DNA from: Azolla caroliniana
Taxonomy: Eukaryota; Plantae; Polypodiophyta
NCBI GenBank assembly: GCA_043228905.1
Contig: JBHGNT010000093.1
Coordinates: 1-64,000, forward strand
DNA: 64,000 nucleotides
Direction of reading: 5' to 3'
This document shows, piece by piece, positions 11,763-26,143 of the stretch (position 1 is its first letter; each line of letters starts with the position of its first letter). Below the pieces are notes generated by a model. The model did no database searches, was not told where the DNA came from, and saw nothing but the letters and a program-made list of their open reading frames with translations. The translations under genes were made by a program, and so were the position numbers.

Positions 11763-14700
11763 AATTTGGTAATTTCATCATGTCTCTTGACCTGAGTTTC
11801 AAAATCTTGATTTTTTAATTCCATATTATAGCTAGCGTTGTTAGCTTCGATTCGCATGTTTGAACACAAAAATCCGATATCACATGAGGCAGGTATGAAC
11901 ATTTTAATTTACTCAAGGGCTCCTCTCAACTCCCTCCTCAAATTTGGTAATTTCATCATGTCTCTTGACCTGAGTTTCAAAATCTTGATTTTTTAATTCC
12001 ATATCATAGCTAGCGTTGTTAGCTTCGAATCGCATGTTTGAACACAATAATCCGATATCACACGAGGCAGGTATGAACATTTTAATTTACTCAAGGGCTC
12101 TTCTCAACCACTCCTCAAATTTGCTAATTTCGTCATGTCTCTCGACCTGAGTTTCAAAATCTTGATTTTTTAATTCCATATCGTAGCTAGCGTTGTTAGC
12201 TTCGATTTGCATGTTTGAACACAAAAATCCGATATCACACGAGGCAGGTATGAACATTTTAATTTACTCAAGGGCTCTTCTCAACCACTCCTCAAATTTG
12301 CTAATTTCGTCATGTCTCTCGACCTGAGTTTCAAAATCTTGATTTTTTAATTCCATATTATAGCTAGCGTTGTTAGCTTCGATTCGCATGTTTGAACACA
12401 AGAATCCGATATCACAGGAGCCAGGTATGAACATTTTAATTTACTCAAGGGCTCCTCTCAACTCCCTCCTCATGTTTGCTAATATCGTCATGTCTCTCGA
12501 CCTGAGTTTCAAAATCTTGATTTTTTAATTCCATATCATAGCTAGCGTTGTTAGCTTCGATTCGCATGTTTGAACACAAAAATCCGATATCACACGAGCT
12601 AGGTATGAACATTTTAATTTACTCAAGGGCTCCTCTCAACTCCCTCCTCATGTTTGCTAATTTCGCCATGTCTGTCGACCTGAGTTTCAAAATCTTGATT
12701 TTTTAATTCCATATTATAGCTAGCGTTGTTAGCTTCGAATCGCATATTTGAACACAAAAATCCGATATCACACGAGGCAGGCATGAACATTTTAATTTAC
12801 TCAAGGGCTCTTCTCAACTCACTCCTCAAATTTGCTAATTTCGTCATGTCTCTCGACCTGAGTTTCAAAATCTTGATTTTTTAATTCCATATCGTAGCTA
12901 GCGTTGTTAGCTTCGATTTGCATGTTTGAACACAAAAATCCGATATCACACGAGGCAGGTATGAACATTTTAATTTACTCAAGGGCTCTTCCCAACTCAC
13001 TCCTCAAATTTGCTAATTTCGTCATGTCTCTCGACCTGAGTTTCAAAATCTTGATTTTTTAATTCCATATCGTAGCTAGCGTTGTTAGCTTCGATTTGCA
13101 TGTTTGAACACAAAAATCCGATATCACACGAGGCAGGTATGAACATTTTAATTTACTCAAGGGCTCTTCTCAACCACTCCTCAAATTTGCTAATTTCGTC
13201 ATGTCTCTCGACCTGAGTTTCAAAATCTTGATTTTTTAAGTCCATATCATAGCTAGCGTTGTTAGCTTCGATTCGCATGTTTGAACACAAAAATCGGATA
13301 TCACACGAGCCAGGTATGAACATTTTCATTTACTCAAGGCTTCCTCTCAACTCCCTCCTCATGTTTGCTAATGTCGTCATGTCTCTCGACCTGAGTTTCA
13401 AAATCTTGATTTTTTAATTCCATATCATAGCTAGCGTTGTTAGCTTCGATTCGCATGTTTGAACACAAAAATCCGATATCACACGAGCCAGGTATGAACA
13501 TTTTAATTTACTCAAGGGCTCCTCTCAACTCCCTCCTCATGTTTCCTAATTTCGTCATGTCTCTCGACCTGAGTTTCAAAATCTTGATTTTTTAATTCCA
13601 TATCGTAGCTAGCGTTGTTAGCTTCGATTCGCATGTTTGAACACAAAAATCCGATATCACACGAGCCAGGTATGAACATTTTAATTTACTCAAGGGCTCC
13701 TCTCAACTCCCTCCTCAAATTTGGTAATTTCATCATGTCTCTTAACCTGAGTTTCAAAATCTTGATTTTTTAATTCCATATCATAGCTAGCGTTTTTAGC
13801 TTCGAATCGCATGTTTGAACACAAAAATCCGATATCACACGAGCCAGGTATGAACATTTTCATTTACTCACAGGCTCCTCTCAACTCCCTCCTCATGTTT
13901 CCTAATTTCGTCATGTCTCTCGACCTGAGTTTCAAAATCTTGATTTTTTAATTCCATATCATAGCTAGCGTTGTTAGCTTCGAATCGCATGTTTGAACAC
14001 AAAAATCCGATATCACACGAGGCAGGTATGAACATTTTAATTTACTCAAGGGTTCCTCTCAGCTCACTACTCAAATTTGCTAATTTCGTCATGTCTCTCG
14101 ACCTGAGTTTCAAAATCTTGATTTTTTAATTCCATATCATAGCTAGCGTTGTTAGGTTCGATTCGCTTGGTTGAACGCAAAAATCCGATATCACACGAGC
14201 CACGTATGAACATTTTAATTTACTCAAGGGCTCCTCTCAACTCCCTCCTCATGTTTGCTAATTTCGTCATGTCTCTCGACCTGAGTTTCAAAATCTTGAT
14301 TTTTTAATTCCATATCATAGCTAGCGTTGTTAGCTTCGATTCGCATGTTTGAACACAAAAATCCGATATCACACGAGCCACGTATGAACATTTTAATTTA
14401 CTCAAGGGCTCCTCTCAACTCCCTCCTCATGTTTGCTAATTTCGTCATGTCTCTCGACCTGAGTTTCAAAATCTTGATTTTTTAATTCTATATCATAGCT
14501 AGCGTTGTTAGCTTCGATTCGCATGTTTGAACACAAAAATCCGATATCACACGAGCCACGTATGAACATTTTAATTTACTCAAGGGCTCCTCTCAACTCC
14601 CTCCTCATGTTTGCTAATTTCGTCATGTCTCTCGACCTGAGTTTCAAAATCTTGATTTTTTAATTCCATATCATAGCTAGCGTTGTTAGCTTCGATTCGC

Positions 14701-14785
14701 ATGTTTGAACACAAAAATCCGATATCACACGAGCCAGGTATGAACATTTTAATTTACTCAAGGGCTCCTCTCAACTCCCTCCTCA
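8576..14785 (+). repeat. 17-monomer tandem duplication, period 3023 bp
   Basis: CACATGA at 8858/11881. CACAATAATCC, CTCTTAACC and GGTTGAACGC recur in the same order. 17x178-3 = 3023. Confidence 0.93.
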
Positions 14786-16712
14786 TGTTTGCTAATTTCG
14801 CCATGTCTGTCGACCTGAGTTTCAAAATCTTGATTTTTTAATTCCATATGATAGCTAGCGTTGTTAGCTTCGATTCGCATGTTTGAACACAAAAATCCGA
14901 TATCACACGAGCCAGGTATGAACATTTTAATTTACTCAAGGGCTCCTCTCAACTCCCTCCTCAAATTTGGTAATTTCATCATGTCTCTTGACCTGAGTTT
15001 CAAAATCTTGATTTTTTAATTCCATATCATAGCTAGCGTTTTTAGCTTCGAATCGCATGTTTGAACACAAAAATCCGATATCACACGAGCCAGGTATGAA
15101 CATTTTCATTTACTCACAGGCTCCTCTCAACTCACTACTCACATTTGTTAATTTCGTCATGTCTCTCGACCTGAGTTTCAAAATCTTGATTTTTTAATTC
15201 CATATCATAGCTAGCGTTGTTAGCTTCGATTCGCATGTTTGAACACAAAAATCCGATATCACACGAGCCAGGTATGAACATTTTAATTTACTCAAGGGCT
15301 CCTCTCAACTCCCTCCTCAAATTTGGTAATTTCATCATGTCTCTTGACCTGAGTTTCATAATCTTGATTTTTTAATTCCATATTATAGCTAGCGTTGTTA
15401 GCTTCGAATCGCATGTTTGAACACAAAAATCCGATATCACACGAGCCAGGTATGAACATTTTCATTTACTCAAGGGCTCCTCTCAACTCCCTCCTCATGT
15501 TTGCTAATATCGTCATGTCTCTCGACCTGAGTTTCAAAATCTTGATTTTTTAATTCCATATCATAGCTAGCGTTGTTAGCTTCGATTCGCATGTTTGAAC
15601 ACAAAAATCCGATATCACACGAGCTAGGTATGAACATTTTAATTTACTCAAGGGCTCCTCTCAACTCCCTCCTCATGTTTGCTAATTTCGCCATGTCTGT
15701 CGACCTGAGTTTCAAAATCTTGATTTTTTAATTCCATATTATAGCTAGCGTTGTTAGCTTCGAATCGCATATTTGAACACAAAAATCCGATATCACACGA
15801 GGCAGGCATGAACATTTTAATTTACTCAAGGGCTCTTCTCAACTCACTCCTCAAATTTGCTAATTTCGTCATGTCTCTCGACCTGAGTTTCAAAATCTTG
15901 ATTTTTTAATTCCATATCGTAGCTAGCGTTGTTAGCTTCGATTTGCATGTTTGAACACAAAAATCCGATATCACACGAGGCAGGTATGAACATTTTAATT
16001 TACTCAAGGGCTCTTCCCAACTCACTCCTCAAATTTGCTAATTTCGTCATGTCTCTCGACCTGAGTTTCAAAATCTTGATTTTTTAATTCCATATCGTAG
16101 CTAGCGTTGTTAGCTTCGATTTGCATGTTTGAACACAAAAATCCGATATCACACGAGGCAGGTATGAACATTTTAATTTACTCAAGGGCTCTTCTCAACC
16201 ACTCCTCAAATTTGCTAATTTCGTCATGTCTCTCGACCTGAGTTTCAAAATCTTGATTTTTTAAGTCCATATCATAGCTAGCGTTGTTAGCTTCGATTCG
16301 CATGTTTGAACACAAAAATCGGATATCACACGAGCCAGGTATGAACATTTTCATTTACTCAAGGCTTTCTCTCAACTCCCTCCTCATGTTTGCTAAGGTC
16401 GTCATGTCTCTCGACCTGAGTTTCAAAATCTTGATTTTTTAATTCCATATCATAGCTAGCGTTGTTAGCTTCGATTCGCATGTTTGAACACAAAAATCCG
16501 ATATCACACGAGCCAGGTATGAACATTTTAATTTACTCAAGGGCTCCTCTCAACTCCCTCCTCATGTTTCCTAATTTCGTCATGTCTCTCGACCTGAGTT
16601 TCAAAATCTTGATTTTTTAATTCCATATCGTAGCTAGCGTTGTTAGCTTCGATTCGCATGTTTGAACACAAAAATCCGATATCACACGAGCCAGGTATGA
16701 ACATTTTAATTT

Positions 16713-18492
16713 ACTCAAGGGCTCCTCTCAACTCCCTCCTCAAATTTGGTAATTTCATCATGTCTCTTGACCTGAGTTTCAAAATCTTGATTTTTTAATT
16801 CCATATCATAGCTAGCGTTTTTAGCTTCGAATCGCATGTTTGAACACAAAAATCCGATATCACACGAGCCAGGTATGAACATTTTCATTTACTCTCAGGC
16901 TCCTCTCAACTCACTACTCACATTTGTTAATTTCGTCATGTCTCTCGACCTGAGTTTCAAAATCTTGATTTTTTAATTCCATATCATAGCTAGCGTTGTT
17001 AGCTTCGATTCGCATGTTTGAACACAAAAATCCGATATCACACGAGCCAGGTATGAACATTTTAATTTACTCAAGGGCTCCTCTCAACTCCCTCCTCAAA
17101 TTTGGTAATTTCATCATGTCTCTTGACCTGAGTTTCAAAATCTTGATTTTTTAATTCCATATCATAGCTAGCGTTGTTAGCTTCGAATTGCATGTTTGAA
17201 CACAAAAATCCGATATTACACGAGCCAGGTATGAACATTTTAATTTACTCAAGGGCTCTTCCCAACTCACTCCTCAAATTTGCTAATTTCGTCATGTCTC
17301 TCGACCTGAGTTTCAAAATCTTGATTTTTTAATTCCATATCGTAGCTAGCGTTGTTAGCTTCGATTTGCATGTTTGAACACAAAAATCCGATATCACACG
17401 AGCCAGGTATGAACATTTTCATTTACTCTCAGGCTCCTCTCAACTCACTACTCACATTTGTTAATTTCGTCATGTCTCTCGACCTGAGTTTCAAAATCTT
17501 GATTTTTTAATTCCATATCATAGCTAGCGTTGTTAGCTTCGATTCGCATGTTTGAACACAAAAATCCGATATCACACGAGCCAGGTATGAACATTTTAAT
17601 TTACTCAAGGGCTCCTCTCAACTCCCTCCTCAAATTTGGTAATTTCATCATGTCTCTTGACCTGAGTTTCAAAATCTTGATTTTTTAATTCCATATCATA
17701 GCTAGCGTTTTTAGCTTCGAATCGCATGTTTGAACACAAAAATCCGATATCACACGAGCCAGGTATGAACATTTTCATTTACTCACAGGCTCCTCTCAAC
17801 TCACTACTCACATTTGTTAATTTCGTCATGTCTCTCGACCTGAGTTTCAAAATCTTGATTTTTTAATTCCATATCATAGCTAGCGTTGTTAGCTTCGATT
17901 CGCATGTTTGAACACAAAAATCCGATATCACACGAGCCAGGTATGAACATTTTAATTTACTCAAGGGCTCCTCTCAACTCCCTCCTCAAATTTGGTAATT
18001 TCATCATGTCTCTTGACCTGAGTTTCAAAATCTTGATTTTTTAATTCCATATCATAGCTAGCGTTGTTAGCTTCGAATTGCATGTTTGAACACAAAAATC
18101 CGATATTACACGAGCCAGGTATGAACATTTTAATTTACTCAAGGGCTCTTCCCAACTCACTCCTCAAATTTGCTAATTTCGTCATGTCTCTCGACCTGAG
18201 TTTCAAAATCTTGATTTTTTAATTCCATATCGTAGCTAGCGTTGTTAGCTTCGATTTCCATGTTTGAACACAAAAATCCGATATCACACGAGCCAGGTAT
18301 GAACATTTTCATTTACTCACAGGCTCCTCTCAACTCACTACTCACATTTGTTAATTTCGTCATGTCTCTCGACCTGAGTTTCAAAATCTTGATTTTTTAA
18401 TTCCATATCATAGCTAGCGTTGTTAGCTTCGATTCGCATGTTTGAACACAAAAATCCGATATCACACGAGCCAGGTATGAATATTTTAATTT
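16713..18492 (+). repeat. 5-monomer tandem duplication, period 890 bp
   Basis: GAATTGCAT..GATATTAC at 17185/18075, and the same order of five monomer types occurs twice. Confidence 0.85.
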
Positions 18493-20500
18493 ACTCAAGG
18501 GCTCCTCTCAACTCCCTCCTCAAATTTGGTAATTTCATCATGTCTCTTGACCTGAGTTTCAAAATCTTGATTTTTTAATTCCATATCATAGCTAGCGTTG
18601 TTAGCTTCGAATCGCATGTTTGAACACAAAAATCCGATATCACACGAGGCAGGTATGAACATTTTAATTTACTCAAGGGCTTTTCCCAACTCACTCCTCA
18701 AATTTACTAATTTCGTCATGTCTCTCGACCTGAGTTTCAAAATCTTGATTTTTTAATTCCATATCGTAGCTAGCGTTGTTAGCTTCGATTTGCATGTTTG
18801 AACACAAAAATCCGATATCACACGAGGCAGGTATGAACATTTTAATTTACTCAAGGGCTCTTCTCAACCACTCCTCAAATTTGGTAATTTCGTCATGTCT
18901 CTCGACCTGAGTTTCAAAATCTTGATTTTTTAATTCCATATCGTAGCTAGCGTTGTTAGCTTCGATTTGCATGTTTGAACACAAAAATCCGATATCACAC
19001 GAGCCAGGTATGAACATTTTCATTTACTCTCAGGCTCCTCTCAACTCACTACTCACATTTGTTAATTTCGTCATGTCTCTCGACCTGAGTTTCAAAATCT
19101 TGATTTTTTAATTCCATATCATAGCTAGCGTTGTTAGCTTCGATTCGCATGTTTGAACACAAAAATCCGATATCACACGAGCCAGGTATGAACATTTTAA
19201 TTTACTCAAGGGCTCCTCTCAACTCCCTCCTCAAATTTGGTAATTTCATCATGTCTCTTGACCTGAGTTTCAAAATCTTGATTTTTTAATTCCATATCAT
19301 AGCTAGCGTTTTTAGCTTCGAATCGCATGTTTGAACACAAAAATCCGATATCACACGAGCGAGGTATGAACATTTTCATTTACTCACAGGCTCCTCTCAA
19401 CTCACTACTCACATTTGTTAATTTCGTCATGTCTCTCGACCTGAGTTTCAAAATCTTGATTTTTTAATTCCATATCATAGCTAGCGTTGTTAGCTTCGAT
19501 TCGCATGTTTGAACACAAAAATCCGATATCACACGAGCCAGGTATGAACATTTTAATTTACTCAAGGGCTCCTCTCAACTCCCTCCTCAAATTTGGTAAT
19601 TTCATCATGTCTCTTGACCTGAGTTTCAAAATCTTGATTTTTTAATTCCATATCATAGCTAGCGTTGTTAGCTTCGAATTGCATGTTTGAACACAAAAAT
19701 CCGATATTACACGAGCCAGGTATGAACATTTTAATTTACTCAAGGGCTCTTCCCAACTCACTCCTCAAATTTGCTAATTTCGTCATGTCTCTCGACCTGA
19801 GTTTCAAAATCTTGATTTTTTAATTCCATATCGTAGCTAGCGTTGTTAGCTTCGATTTGCATGTTTGAACACAAAAATCCGATATCACACGAGCCAGCTA
19901 TGAATATTTTCATTTACTCACAGGCTCCTCTCAACTCACTACTCACATTTGTTAATTTCGTCATGTCTCTCGACCTGAGTTTCAAAATCTTGATTTTTTA
20001 ATTCCATATCATAGCTAGCGTTGTTAGCTTCGATTCGCATGTTTGAACACAAAAATCCGATATCACACGAGCCAGGTATGAACATTTTAATTTACTCAAG
20101 GGCTCCTCTCAACTCCCTCCTCAAATTTGGTAATTTCATCATGTCTCTTGACCTGAGTTTCAAAATCTTGATTTTTTAATTCCATATCATAGCTAGCGTT
20201 GTTAGCTTCGAATCGCATGTTTGAACACAAAAATCCGATATCACACGAGGCAGGTATGAACATTTTAATTTACTCAAGGGCTTTTCCCAACTCACTCCTC
20301 AAATTTGCTAATTTCGTCATGTCTCTCGACCTGAGTTTCAAAATCTTGATTTTTTAATTCCATATCGTAGCTAGCGTTGTTAGCTTCGATTTGCATGTTT
20401 GAACACAAAAATCCGATATCACACGAGGCAGGTATGAACATTTTAATTTACTCAAGGGCTCTTCTCAACCACTCCTCAAATTTGCTAATTTCGTCATGTC
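17300..20500 (+). repeat. 9-monomer tandem duplication, period 1601 bp
   Basis: GGGCTTTTCCC at 18681/20282 (TTTT start) and GAATTG at 18075/19676. 9x178-1 = 1601. Confidence 0.88.
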
Positions 20501-23500
20501 TCTCGACCTGAGTTTCAAAATCTTGATTTTTTAATTCCATATTATAGCTAGCGTTGTTAGCTTCGATTCGCATGTTTGAACACAAAAATCCGATATCACA
20601 CGAGCCAGGTATGAACATTTTAATTTACTAAAGGGCTCCTCTCAACTCCCTCCTCAAGTTTGCTAATTTCGTCATGTCTCTCGACCTGAGTCTCAAAATC
20701 TTGATTTTTTAATTCCATATCATAGCTAGCGTTGTTAGCTTCGATTCGCATGTTTGAACACAAGAATCCGATATCACAGGAGCCAGGTATGAACATTTTA
20801 ATTTACTCAAGGGCTCCTCTCAACTCCCTCCTCATGTTTGCTAATATCGTCATGTCTCTCGACCTGAGTTTCAAAATCTTGATTTTTTAATTCCATATCA
20901 TAGCTAGCGTTGTTAGCTTCGATTCGCATGTTTGAACACAAAAATCCGATATCACACGAGCTAGGTATGAACATTTTAATTTACTCAAGGGCTCCTCTCA
21001 ACTCCCTCCTCATGTTTGCTAATTTCGCCATGTCTGTCGACCTGAGTTTCAAAATCTTGATTTTTTAATTCCATATTATAGCTAGCGTTGTTAGCTTCGA
21101 ATCGCATATTTGAACACAAAAATCCGATATCACACGAGGCAGGCATGAACATTTTAATTTACTCAAGGGCTCTTCTCAACTCACTCCTCAAATTTGCTAA
21201 TTTCGTCATGTCTCTCGACCTGAGTTTCAAAATCTTGATTTTTTAATTCCATATCATAGCTAGCGTTGTTAGCTTCGATTTGCATGTTTGAACACAAAAA
21301 TCCGATATCACACGAGGCAGGTATGAACATTTTAATTTACTCAAGGGCTCCTCTCAACTCCCTCCTCATGTTTGCTAATTTCGCCATGTCTGTCGACCTG
21401 AGTTTCAAAATCTTGATTTTTTAATTCCATATTATAGCTAGCGTTGTTAGCTTCGAATCACATATTTGAACACAAAAATCCGATATCACACGAGGCAGGC
21501 ATGAACATTTTAATTTACTCAAGGGCTCTTCCCAACTCACTCCTCAAATTTGCTAATTTCGTCATGTCTCTCGACCTGAGTTTCAAAATCTTGATTTTTT
21601 AATTCCATATCGTAGCTAGCGTTGTTAACTTCGATTTGCATGTTTGAACACAAAAATCCGATATCACACGAGGCAGGTATGAACATTTTAATTTACTCAA
21701 GGGCTCTTCTGAACCACTCCTCAAATTTGCTAATTTCGTCATGTCTCTCGACCTGAGTTTCAAAATCTTAATTTTTTAAGTCCATATCATAGCTAGCGTT
21801 GTTAGCTTCGATTCGCATGTTTGAACACAAAAATCGGATATCACACGAGCCAGGTATGAACATTTTCATTTACTCAAGGCTTCCTCTCAACTCCCTCCTC
21901 ATGTTTGCTAATGTCGTCATGTCTCTCGACCTGAGTTTCAAAATCTTGATTTTTTAATTCCATATCATAGCTAGCGTTGTTAGCTTCGATTCGCATGTTT
22001 GAACACAAAAATCTAATATCACACGAGCCAGGTATGAACATTTTAATTTACTCAAGGGCTCCTCTCAACTCCCTCCTCATGTTTCCTAATTTCGTCATGT
22101 CTCTCGACCTGAGTTTCAAAATCTTGATTTTTTAATTCCATATCGTAGCTAGCGTTGTTAGCTTCGATTCGCATGTTTGAACACAAAAATCCGATATCAC
22201 ACGAGCCAGGTATGAACATTTTAATTTACTCAAGGGCTCCTCTCAACTCCCTCCTCAAATTTGGTAATTTCATCATGTCTCTTGACCTGAGTTTCAAAAT
22301 CTTGATTTTTTAATTCCATATCATAGCTAGCGTTTTTAGCTTCGAATCGCATGTTTGAACACAAAAATCCGATATCACACGAGCCAGGTATGAACATTTT
22401 CATTTACTCACAGGCTCCTCTCAACTCACTACTCACATTTGTTAATTTCGTCATGTCTCTCGACCTGAGTTTCAAAATCTTGATTTTTTAATTCCATATC
22501 ATAGCTAGCGTTGTTAGCTTCGATTCGCATGTTTGAACACAAAAATCCGATATCACACGAGCCAGGTATGAACATTTTAATTTACTCAAGGGCTCCTCTC
22601 AACTCCCTCCTCAAATTTGGTAATTTCATCATGTCTCTTGACCTGAGTTTCAAAATCTTGATTTTTTAATTCCATATCATAGCTAGCGTTGTTAGCTTCG
22701 AATTGCATGTTTGAACACAAAAATCCGATATTACACGAGCCAGGTATGAACATTTTAATTTACTCAAGGGCTCTTCCCAACTCCCTCCTCATGTTTGCTA
22801 ATTTCGTCATGTCTCTCGACCTGACTTTCAAAATCTTGATTTTTTAATTCTATATCGTAGCTAGCGTTGTTAGCTTCGATTTGCATGTTTGAACACAAAA
22901 ATCCGATATCACACGAGCCAGGTATGAACATTTTCATTTACTCTCAGGCTCCTCTCAACTCCCTCCTCAAATTTGGTAATTTCATCATGTCTCTTGACCT
23001 GAGTTTCAAAATCTTGATTTTTTAATTCCATATCATAGCTAGCGTTGATAGCTTCGAATTGCATGTTTGAACACAAAAATCCGATATTACACGAGCCAGG
23101 TATGAACATTTTAATTTACTCAAGGGCTCTTCCCAACTCACTCCTCAAATTTGCTAATTTCGTCATGTCTCTCGACCTGAGTTTCAAAATCTTGATTTTT
23201 TAATTCCATATCGTAGCTAGCGTTGTTAGCTTCGATTTGCATGTTTGAACACAAAAATCCGATATCACACGAGCCAGGTATGAACATTTTCATTTACTCA
23301 CAGGCTCCTCTCAACTCACTACTCACATTTGCTAATTTCGTCATGTCTCTCGACCTGAGTTTCAAAATCTTGATTTTTTAATTCCATATCGTAGCTAGCG
23401 TTGTTAGCTTCGATTTGCATGTTTGAACACAAAAATCCGATATCACACGAGCCAGGTATGAACATTTTCATTTACTCTCAGGCTCCTCTCAACTCACTAC

Positions 23501-24007
23501 TCACATTTGTTAATTTCGTCATGTCTCTCGACCTGAGTTTCAAAATCTTGATTTTTTAATTCCATATCATAGCTAGCGTTGTTAGCTTCGAATCGCATGT
23601 TTGAACACAAAAATCCGATATGACACGAGCCAGGTATGAACATTTTCATTTACTCAAGGGCTCCTCTCAACTCCCTCCTCATGTTTGCTAATTTCGTCAT
23701 GTCTCTCGACCTGAGTTTCAAAATCTTGATTTTCTAATTCCATATTATAGCTAGAGTTGTTAGCTTCGATTCGCATGTTTGAACACAAAAATCCGATATC
23801 ACACGAGCTAGGTATGAACATTTTAATTTACTCAAGGGCTCCTCTCAACTCCCTCCTCATGTTTGCTAATTTCGCCATGTCTGTCGACCTGAGTTTCAAA
23901 ATCTTGATTTTTTAATTCCATATCATAGCTAGCGTTGTTAGCTTCGATTTGCATGTTTGAACACAAAAAACCGATATCACACGAGGCAGGTATTAACATT
24001 TTAATTT

Positions 24008-26143
24008 ACTCAAGGGCTCTTCTCAACTCACTCCTCAAATTTGCTAATTTCGTCATGTCTCTCGACCTGAATTTCAAAATCTTGATTTTTTAATTCCATA
24101 TCATAGCTAGCGTTGTTAGCTTCGATTCGCATGTTTGAACACAAAAATCGGATATCACACGAGCCAGGTATGAACATTTTCATTTACTCAAGGCTTCCTC
24201 TCAACTCCCTCCTCAAGTTTGCTAATGTCGTCATGTCTCTCGACCTAAGTTTCAAAATCTTGATTTTTTAATTCCATATCATAGCTAGCGTTGTTAGCTT
24301 CGATTCGCATGTTTGAACACAAGAATCCGATATCACAGGAGCCAGGTATGAACATTTTAATTTACTCAAGGGCTCCTCTCAACTCCCTCCTCATGTTTCC
24401 TAATTTCGTCATGTCTCTCGACCTGAGTTTCAAAATCTTGATTTTTTAATTCTATATCATACCTAGCGTTGTTAGCTTCGATTCGCATGTTTGAACACAA
24501 AAATCCGATATCACACGAGCCAGGTATGAACATTTTCATTTACTCACAGGCTCCTCTCAACTCACTACTCACATTTGTTAATTTCGTCATGTCTCTCGAC
24601 CTGAGTTTCAAAATCTTGATTTTTTAATTCCATATCATAGCTAGCGTTGTTAGCTTCGATTCGCATGTTTGAACACAAGAATCCGATATCACAGGAGCCA
24701 GGTATGAACATTTTAATTTACTCAAGGGCTCCTCTCAACTCCCTCCTCATGTTTCCTAATTTCGTCATGTCTCTCGACCTGAGTTTCAAAATCTTGATTT
24801 TTTAATTCTATATCATACCTAGCGTTGTTAGCTTCGATTCGCATGTTTGAACACAAAAATCCGATATCACACGAGCTAGGTATGAACATTTTAATTTACT
24901 CAAGGGCTCCTCTCAACTCCCTCCTCATGTTTGCTAATTTCGCCATGTCTGTCGACTTGAGTTTCAAAATCTTGATTTTTTAATTCCATATTATAGCTAG
25001 CGTTGTTAGCTTCGAATCGCATATTTGAACACAAAAATCCGATATCACACGAGCCAGGTATGAACATTTTAATTTACTCAAGGGCTCTTCTTAACTCACT
25101 CCTCAAATTTGCTAATTTCGTCATGTCTCTCGACCTGAATTTCAAAATCTTGATTTTTTAATTCCATATCATAGCTAGCGTTGTTAGCTTCGATTCGCAT
25201 GTTTGAACACAAAAATCGGATATCACACGAGCCAGGTATGAACATTTTCATTTACTCAAGGCTTCCTCTCAACTCCCTCCTCAAGTTTGCTAATGTCGTC
25301 ATGTCTCTCGACCTAAGTTTCAAAATCTTGATTTTTTAATTCCATATCATAGCTAGCGTTGTTAGCTTCGATTCGCATGTTTGAACACAAGAATCCGATA
25401 TCACAGGAGCCAGGTATGAACATTTTAATTTACTCAAGGGCTCCTCTCAACTCCCTCCTCATGTTTCCTAATTTCGTCATGTCTCTCGACCTGAGTTTCA
25501 AAATCTTGATTTTTTAATTCTATATCATACCTAGCGTTGTTAGCTTCGATTCGCATGTTTGAACACAAAAATCCGATATCACACGAGCCAGGTATGAACA
25601 TTTTCATTTACTCACAGGCTCCTCTCAACTCACTACTCACATTTGTTAATTTCGTCATGTCTCTCGACCTGAGTTTCAAAATCTTGATTTTTTAATTCCA
25701 TATCATAGCTAGCGTTGTTAGCTTCGATTCGCATGTTTGAACACAAGAATCCGATATCACAGGAGCCAGGTATGAACATTTTAATTTACTCAAGGGCTCC
25801 TCTCAACTCCCTCCTCATGTTTCCTAATTTCGTCATGTCTCTCGACCTGAGTTTCAAAATCTTGATTTTTTAATTCTATATCATACCTAGCGTTGTTAGC
25901 TTCGATTCGCATGTTTGAACACAAAAATCCGATATCACACGAGCTAGGTATGAACATTTTAATTTACTCAAGGGCTCCTCTCAACTCCCTCCTCATGTTT
26001 GCTAATTTCGCCATGTCTGTCGACTTGAGTTTCAAAATCTTGATTTTTTAATTCCATATTATAGCTAGCGTTGTTAGCTTCGAATCGCATATTTGAACAC
26101 AAAAATCCGATATCACACGAGCCAGGTATGAACATTTTAATTT
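24008..26143 (+). repeat. 6-monomer tandem duplication, period 1068 bp
   Basis: The CCTGAATTTC variant base is at 24071/25139. ACCTAAGT and GTCGACTTGAG also repeat in the same order. Confidence 0.88.

Noticed and set aside
22909-23109. 66-aa minus-strand ORF
   Set aside because: It is a translation of just over one satellite monomer, opened by chance SNPs that remove stops. The 178-bp period shifts frame each unit, and there is no recognisable domain.
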